From an uncultured Defluviitaleaceae bacterium (GTDB taxonomy: Bacteria; Bacillota; Clostridia; Lachnospirales; WRBF01): DNA of 64,000 nucleotides. This document shows, one piece after another, positions 28,298 to 37,770 of this stretch; position 1 is the stretch's first letter; each line of letters opens with the position of its first letter. The notes beneath the pieces were generated by a model. It worked only from the letters and a program-made list of their open reading frames with translations. It was not told the origin of the DNA and did no database searches. Where the stretch lies: NCBI GenBank assembly GCA_964468805.1, contig CAYXWM010000004.1, positions 969 to 64,968 on the forward strand. Direction: 5' to 3'. The position numbers and the translations under genes were made by a program.

Positions 28298-28530
28298 GGA
28301 ATACACTGTATCACCTCGTTTCCGGTAAAAACCTTGGAGTAAAAATTTCCGGAAAATGTTCTTCCCCAAACCTATTTAATATTTTGCGGGGATAAATAAT
28401 ATTTTAATAAGGTAAAGCGATAAAGCAAGATTTTGTTGCTTTTTTAACTTTTCCGGACTATAATTGTTTTATATATTTTTGAAAGGAGATTGTCTGCTTA
28501 TTATACCGGAAAAATTAAAGCATATAAAGT

Positions 28531-28579
28531 AAATAAGGATTAAACAAAATAAGGATTAAACAAAATACGGTTTAAAAAC
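28531..28579 (+). repeat. Three tandem 16-nt units immediately upstream of hisF
   Basis: AAATAAGGATTAAACA x2 (28531-28546 and 28547-28562), then a degenerate AAATACGGTTTAAAAAC. Ends 15 nt before the hisF ATG. Confidence 0.85.
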
Positions 28580-28593
28580 GGACAATAGAAAAT

Positions 28594-29352
28594 ATGCATA
28601 CAAAACGTATAATACCTTGTTTGGACGTAGACAAGGGACGAGTGGTTAAGGGAGTTAATTTTGTAAACCTGCAAGATGCCGGGGACCCTGTGGAAACTGC
28701 CGAGTTTTACAACGAATCGGGAGCAGACGAACTGGTGTTTTTGGATATAACCGCTTCTGCGGACGGCAGAGCAATAATGCTGGACGTAGTTGCAAAAACT
28801 GCTGATAGGGTTTTTATTCCTCTGACTGTAGGCGGCGGAATAAATTCTGTGGAGGATTTTCGCCGTATACTTTCCGCAGGAGCGGATAAGATTTCCGTAA
28901 ACTCAGCGGCTTTAAAAGACCCCACTCTTATTACCCAAGCGGCGGAACGCTTCGGCAGCCAATGCGTGGTGGTTGCCATAGACGCAAAATCAAGAGAGGG
29001 CGGCGGCTACGACGTTTATTTAAACGGCGGTAGGGTAAATACCGGTCGGGATGCCGTGGAATGGGCCATAGAAGCTGAAAAGTTGGGAGCCGGAGAAATA
29101 TTGCTTACAAGCATGGACTGCGACGGCACCAAAGCAGGTTATCACATTGAATTAACCAAGACAATTTCCAAGGCTGTGTCCATACCGGTAATAGCCTCCG
29201 GCGGTGCCGGTACAAAGGATCATTTCAGCGATGTGTTTACCCAAGGCTGTGCCGATGCGGCATTGGCGGCTTCTTTGTTTCATTTCAGAGAGCTGGATAT
29301 TAAGGATTTAAAAGAATATTTACATGAACAGGGAATATCTGTTAGGAGATGA
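28594..29352 (+). CDS. hisF: Imidazole glycerol phosphate synthase, cyclase subunit
   Basis: [47 protein letters not shown] hallmark motifs. Confidence 0.92.
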   Translation: MHTKRIIPCLDVDKGRVVKGVNFVNLQDAGDPVETAEFYNESGADELVFLDITASADGRAIMLDVVAKTADRVFIPLTVGGGINSVEDFRRILSAGADKISVNSAALKDPTLITQAAERFGSQCVVVAIDAKSREGGGYDVYLNGGRVNTGRDAVEWAIEAEKLGAGEILLTSMDCDGTKAGYHIELTKTISKAVSIPVIASGGAGTKDHFSDVFTQGCADAALAASLFHFRELDIKDLKEYLHEQGISVRR

Positions 29353-29356
29353 TGAC

Positions 29357-29965
29357 GTGGAATTAAAATTCAACAAACACGGTCTTATACCGACCATAGT
29401 TCAGGACAGCACAAGCGGTAAGGTTTTAATGATGGCTTACATGAATAAGGAGTCTTTGGACAAAACTTTGGAAACCGGGCAGACTTATTTTTGGAGCCGC
29501 AGCCGTAATGAATTATGGCATAAGGGCAAGACTTCGGGACATTTCCAAAATGTGGTTGATATACAGTATGATTGTGATGAAGATTGCCTTTTGATTTTGG
29601 TTGAACAAATAGGCATGGCCTGCCATACCGGTACGGAAAGCTGTTTCTTCCGCAGCATGAAAGGCGAAACACCCATGTCCCCCAAAGGCTCCGTGCTGGA
29701 TGAAATTATTAAGGTAGTAAGGGAACGCAAGCAAAAACCCATTGAAGGTTCTTACACCAACTACCTTTTTGATAAGGGCATAGATAAAATGCTTAAAAAG
29801 GTAGGCGAGGAAGCCGCCGAGGTTATAATAGCCTCCAAAAACGAAGAAAAAGAATTTATAGCCGAAGAAATAGGCGATCTGCTCTATCATTTAAGCGTGG
29901 TTTTGGTTGAAAGAGATATGGATTGGTCGGAAGTATTTACCGTGTTGGGTAAACGCCGTAAGTAA
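29357..29965 (+). CDS. hisI: Bifunctional phosphoribosyl-AMP cyclohydrolase / phosphoribosyl-ATP pyrophosphatase
   Basis: [49 protein letters not shown] (HisI) plus [27 protein letters not shown] (HisE). GTG at 29357 lies 8 nt after GGAG. The track start at 29324 would overlap hisF. Confidence 0.9.
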   Translation: MELKFNKHGLIPTIVQDSTSGKVLMMAYMNKESLDKTLETGQTYFWSRSRNELWHKGKTSGHFQNVVDIQYDCDEDCLLILVEQIGMACHTGTESCFFRSMKGETPMSPKGSVLDEIIKVVRERKQKPIEGSYTNYLFDKGIDKMLKKVGEEAAEVIIASKNEEKEFIAEEIGDLLYHLSVVLVERDMDWSEVFTVLGKRRK

Positions 29966-30131
29966 TTTAAAAAATTTCGACATTTGGAATAGAACAGGCA
30001 ATTTATTTTCAAGCCCTCATAGAATAGATTATATTAATCCGGCATTTTGACAGAGTGTAGATTTACGGCGGAAGCGTCGTTACGTCTAATCACAGCCGGA
30101 CTATATCAATCTGTTCCGGAGGTGTTTGTCA

Positions 30132-30293
30132 ATGAATAACCCAAACCATTACGAACATCACCATCAACATTCCAATGACAATACTATGATGTTGTTAATG
30201 ATGATGATGATAATGAACCCAATGATGTTCGGCGGAGATAATTCCATGATGTTTCTGCTGTTACTTATGATGATGATGAACGAAGGAAGATAA
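30132..30293 (+). CDS. 53-aa His-rich / extremely Met-rich hydrophobic peptide (hypothetical)
   Basis: GGAGGTG lies 7 nt upstream of the ATG. Translation is MNNPNHYEHHHQHSNDNTMMLLMMMMIMNPMMFGGDNSMMFLLLLMMMMNEGR. A strong terminator follows 22 nt after the stop. Not in the ORF track (under 60 aa). Confidence 0.5.
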   Translation: MNNPNHYEHHHQHSNDNTMMLLMMMMIMNPMMFGGDNSMMFLLLLMMMMNEGR

Positions 30294-30314
30294 TCCGGAG
30301 TACATAAAGCAAAG

Positions 30315-30341
30315 CCCCTGTGCAGACACAGGGGTTTTTTG
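30315..30341 (+). terminator. Rho-independent terminator
   Basis: CCCCTGTG-CAGA-CACAGGGG followed by TTTTTTG. Confidence 0.85.
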
Positions 30342-30446
30342 TATTAAACCGTTTTTTTAAAAGAACGGATTTTACAGTAATTCTACAAAATAGACGAATA
30401 TAAATTCGTCTATATAATTTTAATGTAGATTTACTTAACAGTTTTA

Positions 30447-30536
30447 ATACCATATAAGTTGAGATACAGAAATAATTGTTTTTTCTTGAACCGTTGAAAA
30501 AAATCTACTATTTTTGTCCTCTGTTTAAAATGGAAT
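30447..30536 (+). repeat. Rep-A copy C
   Basis: Diverged 5' half and conserved 3' half. Its terminus provides the last codons and the TGA stop of the convergent gene 30536..31615. Confidence 0.85.
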
Positions 30537-31615
30537 CAGTGTACTTTATTTAATATGGACTGTAACTTTTCAATCAGCAGTTCGTTATCTTTTTCCGTAC
30601 CTATGCATATTCTGAAAAAGCTGTTGTCCAGAAACGGGAAACTGTCGGCGTTTCTTATGAGTATGCCTTCTTTTATGAGCAGGTCAAAGAGGATTTGGGC
30701 GTTTAGAGTTGGGTTAAGAATTTTTATCAGAATAAAGTTGGAATAGGATTCGTAATATTTAACTGAGCTTATTTTCTCCAAGGCGGAGCATATTTTTTCC
30801 CGTTGTTGGGCGATGAAGGTTTTGGTTTTGTTTATAAATTGTGTATCTTTAAACATAGACTCTCCGGCAAGAGTGCTTAGGGTGCTTACCGACCAGGGAT
30901 CCTTTACTTTTTCGGCTGTTTCCAATACTTTTTCGTCGGAACAAAGCCCGTAACCCAATCTCAGGCCGGGCACGCCGAAAAATTTTGAAGTGCCTCGGAT
31001 TATGAATAAATTCTTATGCTTTTCAATTAAAGGACAGGCTGAAACATCCTCCGAAAATTCCGCATAGGTTTCGTCTATCATAACAAAAATGTTGTTTTCC
31101 TTACAGCGGTTGATGATGGTTTCCAGGTCTTCTAAAGGAATTGCGGTGCCGGTAGGGTTGTTGGGGTTGCAGATAACCAGCAGATTAATTTCCTCTGATA
31201 GGATAGGCAATAAGTTATTTAAATTAAGCCGGAAATTATCCTCCTCGAGCAAGGGAAACAATACAAAAGTACCACCGTTGTTACTGACCGCCCGCTCGTA
31301 TTCCGAGTATGCCGGTGAAATAATCAGTGCCTTTTTTCCGCTGTATAAATTCATAACCAAGGAAATCAGCTCTGTTGAGCCGTTACCTACAATAATATTG
31401 TCCGCAGATACCCCGGTATAATTTCCTATGGCTTGTCGCAGTTTTAAGTATTTGGCATCCGGGTAACGGGTTATGGCGGTTACGTTGTCTATTATGGAAT
31501 TTATAATACGCTCCGGCGGAGCCAGAGGGTTGATATTTCCGCTGAAATCTTTTATTTCGCTTGTCTTGATGCCGTATAGTCTTTCGGCTTCGTCTAAATT
31601 TCCTCCGTGTTGCAT
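30536..31615 (-). CDS. Class I/II PLP-dependent aminotransferase family (threonine-phosphate decarboxylase CobD-like / HisC-like)
   Basis: N-terminal MQHGGNLDEAERLYGIK..IKDFSGNINPLAPP is typical of the CobD/HisC subgroup. Also NPNNPTG and the ..SKFFGVPGLRLGY Lys motif. Confidence 0.8.
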   Translation of the reverse strand: MQHGGNLDEAERLYGIKTSEIKDFSGNINPLAPPERIINSIIDNVTAITRYPDAKYLKLRQAIGNYTGVSADNIIVGNGSTELISLVMNLYSGKKALIISPAYSEYERAVSNNGGTFVLFPLLEEDNFRLNLNNLLPILSEEINLLVICNPNNPTGTAIPLEDLETIINRCKENNIFVMIDETYAEFSEDVSACPLIEKHKNLFIIRGTSKFFGVPGLRLGYGLCSDEKVLETAEKVKDPWSVSTLSTLAGESMFKDTQFINKTKTFIAQQREKICSALEKISSVKYYESYSNFILIKILNPTLNAQILFDLLIKEGILIRNADSFPFLDNSFFRICIGTEKDNELLIEKLQSILNKVH

Positions 31616-31844
31616 GGAAAACGTCCCTTCGAGTTTTTATCAATGATATTCAATATAAATCAAAAAAGCAAGACCTTGGGGAAAACTTTTTCTGATTAAA
31701 CAGTTTGAGGTAAATTAAAATTAATATAACCTCTTGTTAAGGAAATTGTTTTGTACATTAAGTATTTTCCGGCGGGATTTCTACGGATAAATTTTATGCC
31801 AATACACGTAAAAACGTTTATTGGCATAAAATCGAGGATGGTTT

Positions 31845-31880
31845 TACTTAATTGTATAAGGAATAGCAATTAAGTATATA
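31845..31880. repeat. Rep-C short (palindromic) form
   Basis: TACTTAATTG-TATAAGGAATAG-CAATTAAGTA(TATA). Adjacent 12-bp hairpin TTTATGCCAATA..TATTGGCATAAA at 31793-31831. Confidence 0.75.
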
Positions 31881-31964
31881 TGGACAGACAATACCGAAGC
31901 CGGTATTGGTTACAAATATATTATATACAAGATTATGTTAAATATTTATGTTTTTAACAGTTTT

Positions 31965-33347
31965 TTATTCTGCACGCATAGCCGTAAGACTGCTCAATTT
32001 CATGGCTCGCCTTGCCGGCAGGTATCCGGATACCAGTCCCATAACCGTAGCCAGAATTATGGCTATAATGCAAAGTTCCGGGGTAATAAGGGATACGGTG
32101 GTTTGCATGGAAAATTCGGAAATGCTTGAAAACAGCTGTATTCCCGAGGTGTTCATTACATATGACACGCCCAAACTGCACAAGACTCCTATGGCACCGC
32201 CCAAAAAGCCAATCATAGCGGCTTCCAAAAGAAACAGCCATTGAATATCCCGGAGAGAGGCACCGATTACCTTCATAATGCCTATTTCTCTGGTACGTTC
32301 ATATATAGCCGTAATCATGGTATTGGCTATACCCAGTACCGCAACAACCAAGGATACGCCGCCAATAAAGGACAGGAGTACTTGGAGACTGTTTGAGATA
32401 TTTTCCATGGAATCCAAGCTTTGAGAGGGTATTTCCGTAAAGAAGCCCATAGCTCTGATTTTTTCGTTAACCTCTTTAACGGTTTTAAGGTCATAACATT
32501 TAACATAGGCACGGACATAGCCTCTGTCGGTTTTGGGTTTGGAGCCGCCGTTCCAACCCCATTCCTGTTGTTGTTCTTGTTGCCATTTTTCCTGTTCGGC
32601 AACAAGGGCTTTAAGTTGGTTAAGGCTCATAAAAATTTGATAATCTATGGAAGAGCCTTTTTCCTCCAAAACGCCTACGCCTTTAACGGACATGGTCTTA
32701 ATGGGTTTATCGCCTTCTTGGGCAATGTAATAGCCCAGAGCTTGATCCAAGAAACGCCAGTCGTAGGACATTTTTATTTTGGATTCCAAGGGTTTGATTT
32801 TAGGCGGTTTGGATTCGTCCTGCATACCGCCCCAGGAGAAACCGCCGCCGCTGCGGCTTATTTCTTGAAAATTATAAGCCGCCTTTGCCCCAAAGAGGAT
32901 ATTAAGCTTATCGTTTTCCAGCAACAAGCGACCTTCTGACGGCATATAACCCATTGCTTCAAAGGCTTCCGGGTCCATAGCGGATACGTTCATATAAGGA
33001 GCAAGATATTTTCCCGATGCAAAGGTAATTTGCATTTCCACTATGGGAGTGGCGACCTGAACCCCGGGAATTTTTCTGAATGCGGAAATGGCGTTGTTGT
33101 CTAGGCTGGGTACTTTATTTTGACCTTGGGGTCTGCCGTAGTAGTTGTTGTTATGAACGGTAATAAGGGTTATATCGCCCAATTTACCCAGCTCGTCCTC
33201 AAAGGTTTTGTTCATGGCAAGACCGAGAGAAACCAACACCACTATAGACAGGGTTCCTATAACAACACCCAATATGGTTAAGATTGTACGAGTTATTCGT
33301 TTAAATAAATTGCGTACAACCATAGTGATTATGTCTATAACGCTCAT
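31965..33347 (-). CDS. ABC transporter permease, MacB/FtsX-like
   Basis: N-terminal TM, large extracytoplasmic domain, and a C-terminal three-TM FtsX module (..EIGIMKVIGASLRDI..). Confidence 0.85.
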   Translation of the reverse strand: MSVIDIITMVVRNLFKRITRTILTILGVVIGTLSIVVLVSLGLAMNKTFEDELGKLGDITLITVHNNNYYGRPQGQNKVPSLDNNAISAFRKIPGVQVATPIVEMQITFASGKYLAPYMNVSAMDPEAFEAMGYMPSEGRLLLENDKLNILFGAKAAYNFQEISRSGGGFSWGGMQDESKPPKIKPLESKIKMSYDWRFLDQALGYYIAQEGDKPIKTMSVKGVGVLEEKGSSIDYQIFMSLNQLKALVAEQEKWQQEQQQEWGWNGGSKPKTDRGYVRAYVKCYDLKTVKEVNEKIRAMGFFTEIPSQSLDSMENISNSLQVLLSFIGGVSLVVAVLGIANTMITAIYERTREIGIMKVIGASLRDIQWLFLLEAAMIGFLGGAIGVLCSLGVSYVMNTSGIQLFSSISEFSMQTTVSLITPELCIIAIILATVMGLVSGYLPARRAMKLSSLTAMRAE

Positions 33348-33593
33348 GGCATATCAACCTTTTCTTTCTCAAAGGTAAAACACAGATACAGCAATTATAC
33401 TTTACACCGGAAATGCATTTAATGAAATTGCAATAGAAGCATTTCACTTAAAACAACGAACTGAAATAAATTATAAGTACTTTAAAAGAAAAACCTTGAG
33501 GATAACTTTATCCGGAGTAAAAGCTTTAGGCAACAGATAAACAGGTTTATCCGGTTACCTTGCCTTAACTCCTTTGAAAAACTTAAAGTTTTA

Positions 33594-35780
33594 TTATTCA
33601 TCTAACTCAAATTGTTTTTTCTTTTTGATTTTTTTTCTGATGATAATAAAGGTGACCACGCCGCCGCCTACTACTATCACTGCGTATACTGTCCACATTA
33701 TGGGGCTGAAGAAGTCGAAGCCTTCTCCGGGCATACCGGGCATACCGTCGGGACCCATGGGCATACCGTCAGGTCCTATGGGCATACCGTCTGGACCAAT
33801 CATCATACCGTCCGGACCCATCATTCCTTCGCCGCCACCACCCATATCCATAACGTTAACCATAAATTCTTTGGTGACTTCCTTAACCGCACCTACTTCG
33901 TCCTCATAGGTTATTAAAACCTTGCCTTCGTGTTGACCGGGTTCAAGGGCGGTAATTTCCGCATCATAGTATCCGGAGCTGTAGCGGTTCATGGTTCCGA
34001 AGTATACAAAGGAACGGCTGGTGTCGAAGTTACCTTCTACCTTAACGGAGAGGTTGTTTAATGCTGATTTACCTTGGTTCATAATGCTGAAATCAATGGT
34101 AAAGGGAGAGCCTATGAAAACTTCCGGGGGTACGTTTACAACGGAGGTTTCCAGCTTGGTAGTTTGCTTTACGGTAATACCGATGATTTCTTTTTCTTCG
34201 TATTCGTTAAACTTTGCATCTTCGTATTTGAAGTTAACTTCCATGGTGTAGGTTCTGGGTTGAGCGTCCGGAATGGCATACATTTTAAAATTCTTAGCCG
34301 CAGTACCTCCTGGAGCAATGGTATCTATATAAAAGGTATTGGAACCGTCCACGGGCATAAAGGTATTGCCTTTGGCTTCGGGAGAAGTATCCGTGGGAGC
34401 AACCAAGACAGCCTTTATGTTGTCTATACGTTTTTCTTTGTGAGTATTGCGGAAAACAGCGTAAAGACTAAATTCTTGACCGGCTTCAACTATTTGAGGG
34501 TCTGTATAGTAGCTTTCGATAATGATTTTGGGTTTGCTGACCTTGTCTTTTTCTTTGTCATCTTTGTCTTCGTCTTCGTCGGCTTTTTTGTTTCGAACAT
34601 TAACGCCGGCGTATTGTTCAAAGGTTAAAATTTCTTTGGTGTCGTCGTCTTTTAAAAGCCCCGATTCGTACTCAACCTTAAAGTTGATAACGTAGTTTTG
34701 AGAACGGGATTTGGACGTGGGAGCAAAGGTAAAGCTTAGTCCTTTGGTTTGATTAACACCCAATTCGCTTATCATTACAACATTGGTGGATTTGGGAACC
34801 ACAGCACCGTCAGTATCTGTTACGGCGGTTACTTTAACGTTTTTTACGGTGTTGGAGCCGTTGTTGTTTACGTTTAAACTCACGGTAAAATTTTGCCCTA
34901 CTTCATAAGTACCGGTGGGAGCGGAAATTGAGCTTATAGTAACATAACCGGGCTTTTCGGAGGTGCCTTTTGTATCAACGTTTGCATAGTAAACAAAGGA
35001 ATTTTCATGAACCGTATCTGTATAGTCTTTATACTTTATTTTAAAGGTAATGGGATAGGAACCCGATTTAACCTTGGATGAAGTTTTAAAGGTATAGGAA
35101 ACGGGAGTTTTTAACAAGGCTCTGTATTCTTTAAAATATAAGCTGTCGGAGTTTCCGGTAAAGAAAATAGTATCCGAGCCTAAACCCTCAAGGGTGATTC
35201 TCAGGTCTTTCAGACCTAATCTTGATGTATTTTCCAAGACACCGGTTACGGTAAATTGGTCGTTGGTAGTAAGCACCTGTTTCACAGACCTTAAATCATA
35301 AAGCAAAACAGAGGGTGCTGCTGCACTTACTTCAACCTTAATATTTATTTTATCGCTTTCCGAAAGGTTATCACCGTCTGTATTTCTGTAAAAATGGGAA
35401 AGATTAACGGTATAGGTTCCGGCTTTGGCGTTTTTGTCTACGGTAACTTGCAGTTTTACGGTCTTTGTGGAACCTTCGCTAAAGGTTCTTACGGAATTTG
35501 AACTGTCCAAAAATTCAAGGCTCAAAGGAGCGCCGGTGTCTGCTATGGCTTGCATTAAGAAGCGTTCCGCGGAGGAAGTACCCACGTTGCGAACGCTCAA
35601 GTCCAAAACTTTTGTTTCACCGCTGCCCACGGTGTAGTTTGTTTGACTTACCAACTTTATTCTGGGAGCGGCAACCGGTTCGGGTTCGGGAGGAATATAG
35701 TCTGCAAAGGCAACAACCGAACCCAGACTAAGAAATAGGACTGCTGTAATTAAAAAGCAAATGTGTCTGATGTGTTTCAT
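33594..35780 (-). CDS. Secreted, C-terminally membrane-anchored protein built of repeated CARDB/COG1361-like beta-sandwich domains
   Basis: Signal peptide ..SVVAFA. At least 5 repeats of the pattern G(E/S)T..L.(L/F)...N.G...A..V. GPDGMP repeats, a TM helix and an RKKIKKKK tail at the C-terminus. GAGGGG RBS. Confidence 0.75.
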   Translation of the reverse strand: MKHIRHICFLITAVLFLSLGSVVAFADYIPPEPEPVAAPRIKLVSQTNYTVGSGETKVLDLSVRNVGTSSAERFLMQAIADTGAPLSLEFLDSSNSVRTFSEGSTKTVKLQVTVDKNAKAGTYTVNLSHFYRNTDGDNLSESDKINIKVEVSAAAPSVLLYDLRSVKQVLTTNDQFTVTGVLENTSRLGLKDLRITLEGLGSDTIFFTGNSDSLYFKEYRALLKTPVSYTFKTSSKVKSGSYPITFKIKYKDYTDTVHENSFVYYANVDTKGTSEKPGYVTISSISAPTGTYEVGQNFTVSLNVNNNGSNTVKNVKVTAVTDTDGAVVPKSTNVVMISELGVNQTKGLSFTFAPTSKSRSQNYVINFKVEYESGLLKDDDTKEILTFEQYAGVNVRNKKADEDEDKDDKEKDKVSKPKIIIESYYTDPQIVEAGQEFSLYAVFRNTHKEKRIDNIKAVLVAPTDTSPEAKGNTFMPVDGSNTFYIDTIAPGGTAAKNFKMYAIPDAQPRTYTMEVNFKYEDAKFNEYEEKEIIGITVKQTTKLETSVVNVPPEVFIGSPFTIDFSIMNQGKSALNNLSVKVEGNFDTSRSFVYFGTMNRYSSGYYDAEITALEPGQHEGKVLITYEDEVGAVKEVTKEFMVNVMDMGGGGEGMMGPDGMMIGPDGMPIGPDGMPMGPDGMPGMPGEGFDFFSPIMWTVYAVIVVGGGVVTFIIIRKKIKKKKQFELDE
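33728..33835 (-). repeat. 21-nt tandem repeat encoding GPDGM(P/I/M) units
   Basis: CATGGGCATACCGTC(A/G/T)GG(A/T)CC-type units repeated about 5 times. Confidence 0.85.
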
Positions 35781-35886
35781 TGTTTTATCCCCTCGTGTTT
35801 TGGTTTGATTGGATTAAATAGATAAGATTTTTAAAACCCTTTATGGATTTTGAATTACTGTTTTTTAGGCATTTTTGGCGTGCGGA

Positions 35887-36726
35887 TTAACCGGATTGAT
35901 TGTTTTCGTTATTATGGGAGTCCTCCGATGTTTGTACATCCGGTTCACCGGACTTATCTTGGGTTTCGTCCTGTAATTGGCTAACATCCGATGACGTTTG
36001 TAATTGGTCTGCTTTGTTTATCTTTGATTGGTTTTCGGCTATGTTTTCAACATTACCGTCACGGATTTTAATTATGGTATCGGCATAGTGAGAAATTTCC
36101 AGGTCATGAGTAACTATAATAAGCGTCTGATTATTTTTACGCACTATGTCAATAATTAAATCCATAAGCTCCAAAGTGGTTGCAGTATCCAAGTTTCCGG
36201 TAGGCTCGTCCGCAAAAATTACCTCCGGTTCGTTCACAAAGGCTCGGGCTATACTGGTTCTCTGCTGTTGCCCACCGCTCATTTGGCTTGGTTTATGCTT
36301 TGCCCTGTTGCCAAGCCCTACGGCTTTTAGCAAAGCCATAGCTTTTTTGTTTCGTTTCCTTTTGGGTATATGGCTGAAAATCAAAGGCAGAGTTACGTTT
36401 TCCAAGGCAGTCAAAGTAGGTAAGAGGTTGTAGGATTGAAATACAAAGCCTATATGCTGCTTGCGAAATTGAGCCAATTTGTTTTCGTTCATAGTCTCCA
36501 ACTGAAGATTTTTAAAGCGGATTTTACCTTTTGTGGGCTTTTCCAAGCCCGCCATCATATTTAAGAGCGTAGATTTACCGGAACCGGACGTGCCCAAAAG
36601 ACAATATATTTTTCCCTTGTAAAAGTCCAGGGATATATTGTCCAGTGCCACTACCTTTTCATCACCCATACGATAGACTTTTCTAACGTTTTGCAGTGAT
36701 ATTATCGGTTTTTGCTCATTATCCAT
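35887..36726 (-). CDS. ABC transporter ATP-binding protein (MacB/LolD-like) with an acidic Ser/Gln-rich tail
   Basis: Walker [10 protein letters not shown], signature [14 protein letters not shown], Walker [13 protein letters not shown]. The ATG at 36726 follows AAGGGGG. The 87-codon N-terminal extension in the track is unlikely. Confidence 0.88.
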   Translation of the reverse strand: MDNEQKPIISLQNVRKVYRMGDEKVVALDNISLDFYKGKIYCLLGTSGSGKSTLLNMMAGLEKPTKGKIRFKNLQLETMNENKLAQFRKQHIGFVFQSYNLLPTLTALENVTLPLIFSHIPKRKRNKKAMALLKAVGLGNRAKHKPSQMSGGQQQRTSIARAFVNEPEVIFADEPTGNLDTATTLELMDLIIDIVRKNNQTLIIVTHDLEISHYADTIIKIRDGNVENIAENQSKINKADQLQTSSDVSQLQDETQDKSGEPDVQTSEDSHNNENNQSG

Positions 36727-37177
36727 TTTATGCCCCCTTTGTATTTCCCCGAGTCGGTTTTTGGCGGCATCAAAGCAGAGTAAACAAACAATACTTTTGT
36801 TTATACACAAATTTTTACAATTTGCTACATAATTAATGCCGTTTATATTATACTTCACTTTATTATAACAAACAAGTACGCATATCATTCTCACAGGAAA
36901 ACCAAAGGGCGGTTGCCGAGTTTTACAAAATATGCCGTATTTCCCGTCTTTCCGGTGGCTTAAAACGTACCCGTAACATAATGTCATCTTTATATAACGT
37001 CTTTTAGTAAAAAAAGTTGCACTTTTCGACGAAATAATTTTGGTATATTTTTTGTGTCATCGTAAAAAAATAAATCTGCTACATATTTTGTCGAAGTTTT
37101 GCATATTATTTTAGTTTAGTTTTGATATATATAAAGGTAAAAATATGTTTCCCCAAACTCTCAAAGATTATATACCA

Positions 37178-37269
37178 ATTCCATATAAGATAAAGGATAA
37201 AAATAATCTTCTTTTCCTTGAACCGTTGGACAAAATCAATTATTTTTTGTCCTCTGTTTAAAATGGAAT
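37178..37269 (+). repeat. Rep-A copy D
   Basis: Matches the Rep-A consensus. Lies in the 1 kb divergent intergenic region. Confidence 0.9.
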
Positions 37270-37770
37270 CAGTAATATAAGAAAACGCAGGTTATTGCGG
37301 CTTAAACCGGAACCGTAAATGGAAATAGGGCAATATTTTAAATCCTGTATTTAATCCTTTGGATTACAAACTATTCAATATTATTACAGTATTGTTTCAT
37401 TGTCGCAACGGCATTTACATTTGTTTACCTATCGTCTATAATTGCTATATAATAGCTAAAAACTTGTTTTACCGACGGCACTCCCAATTGCATTTAGTCC
37501 GGGCAGCGTTATCGTTGTACACGGAATTTTACGGGGCTGCAGATTCGTGTTTTTATCCGGTCTAAAGTAAGATATGCTTACAGATTTGCATATTTTATAC
37601 GGATTGTTTTAAAACAGGGATTTGTGTAGGGTGCAGATTATAAATAAAGAACTACAAAGTAAACGCTGAATAAGAAATAAAGTCTTTGGGTTCAAATAGG
37701 TTTCCTTACGGCTCACATAAGCCTTTTATAATTAAAAATAACGGCGTTTACCATACAGGGGGTAAGTATT

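Noticed and set aside
37359-37565. Track ORF 37359..37565 (+), 68 aa, in the long VanW upstream region.
   Set aside because: It has no RBS, an atypical start context and an AT-rich, low-information translation. It is probably non-coding promoter or leader DNA.
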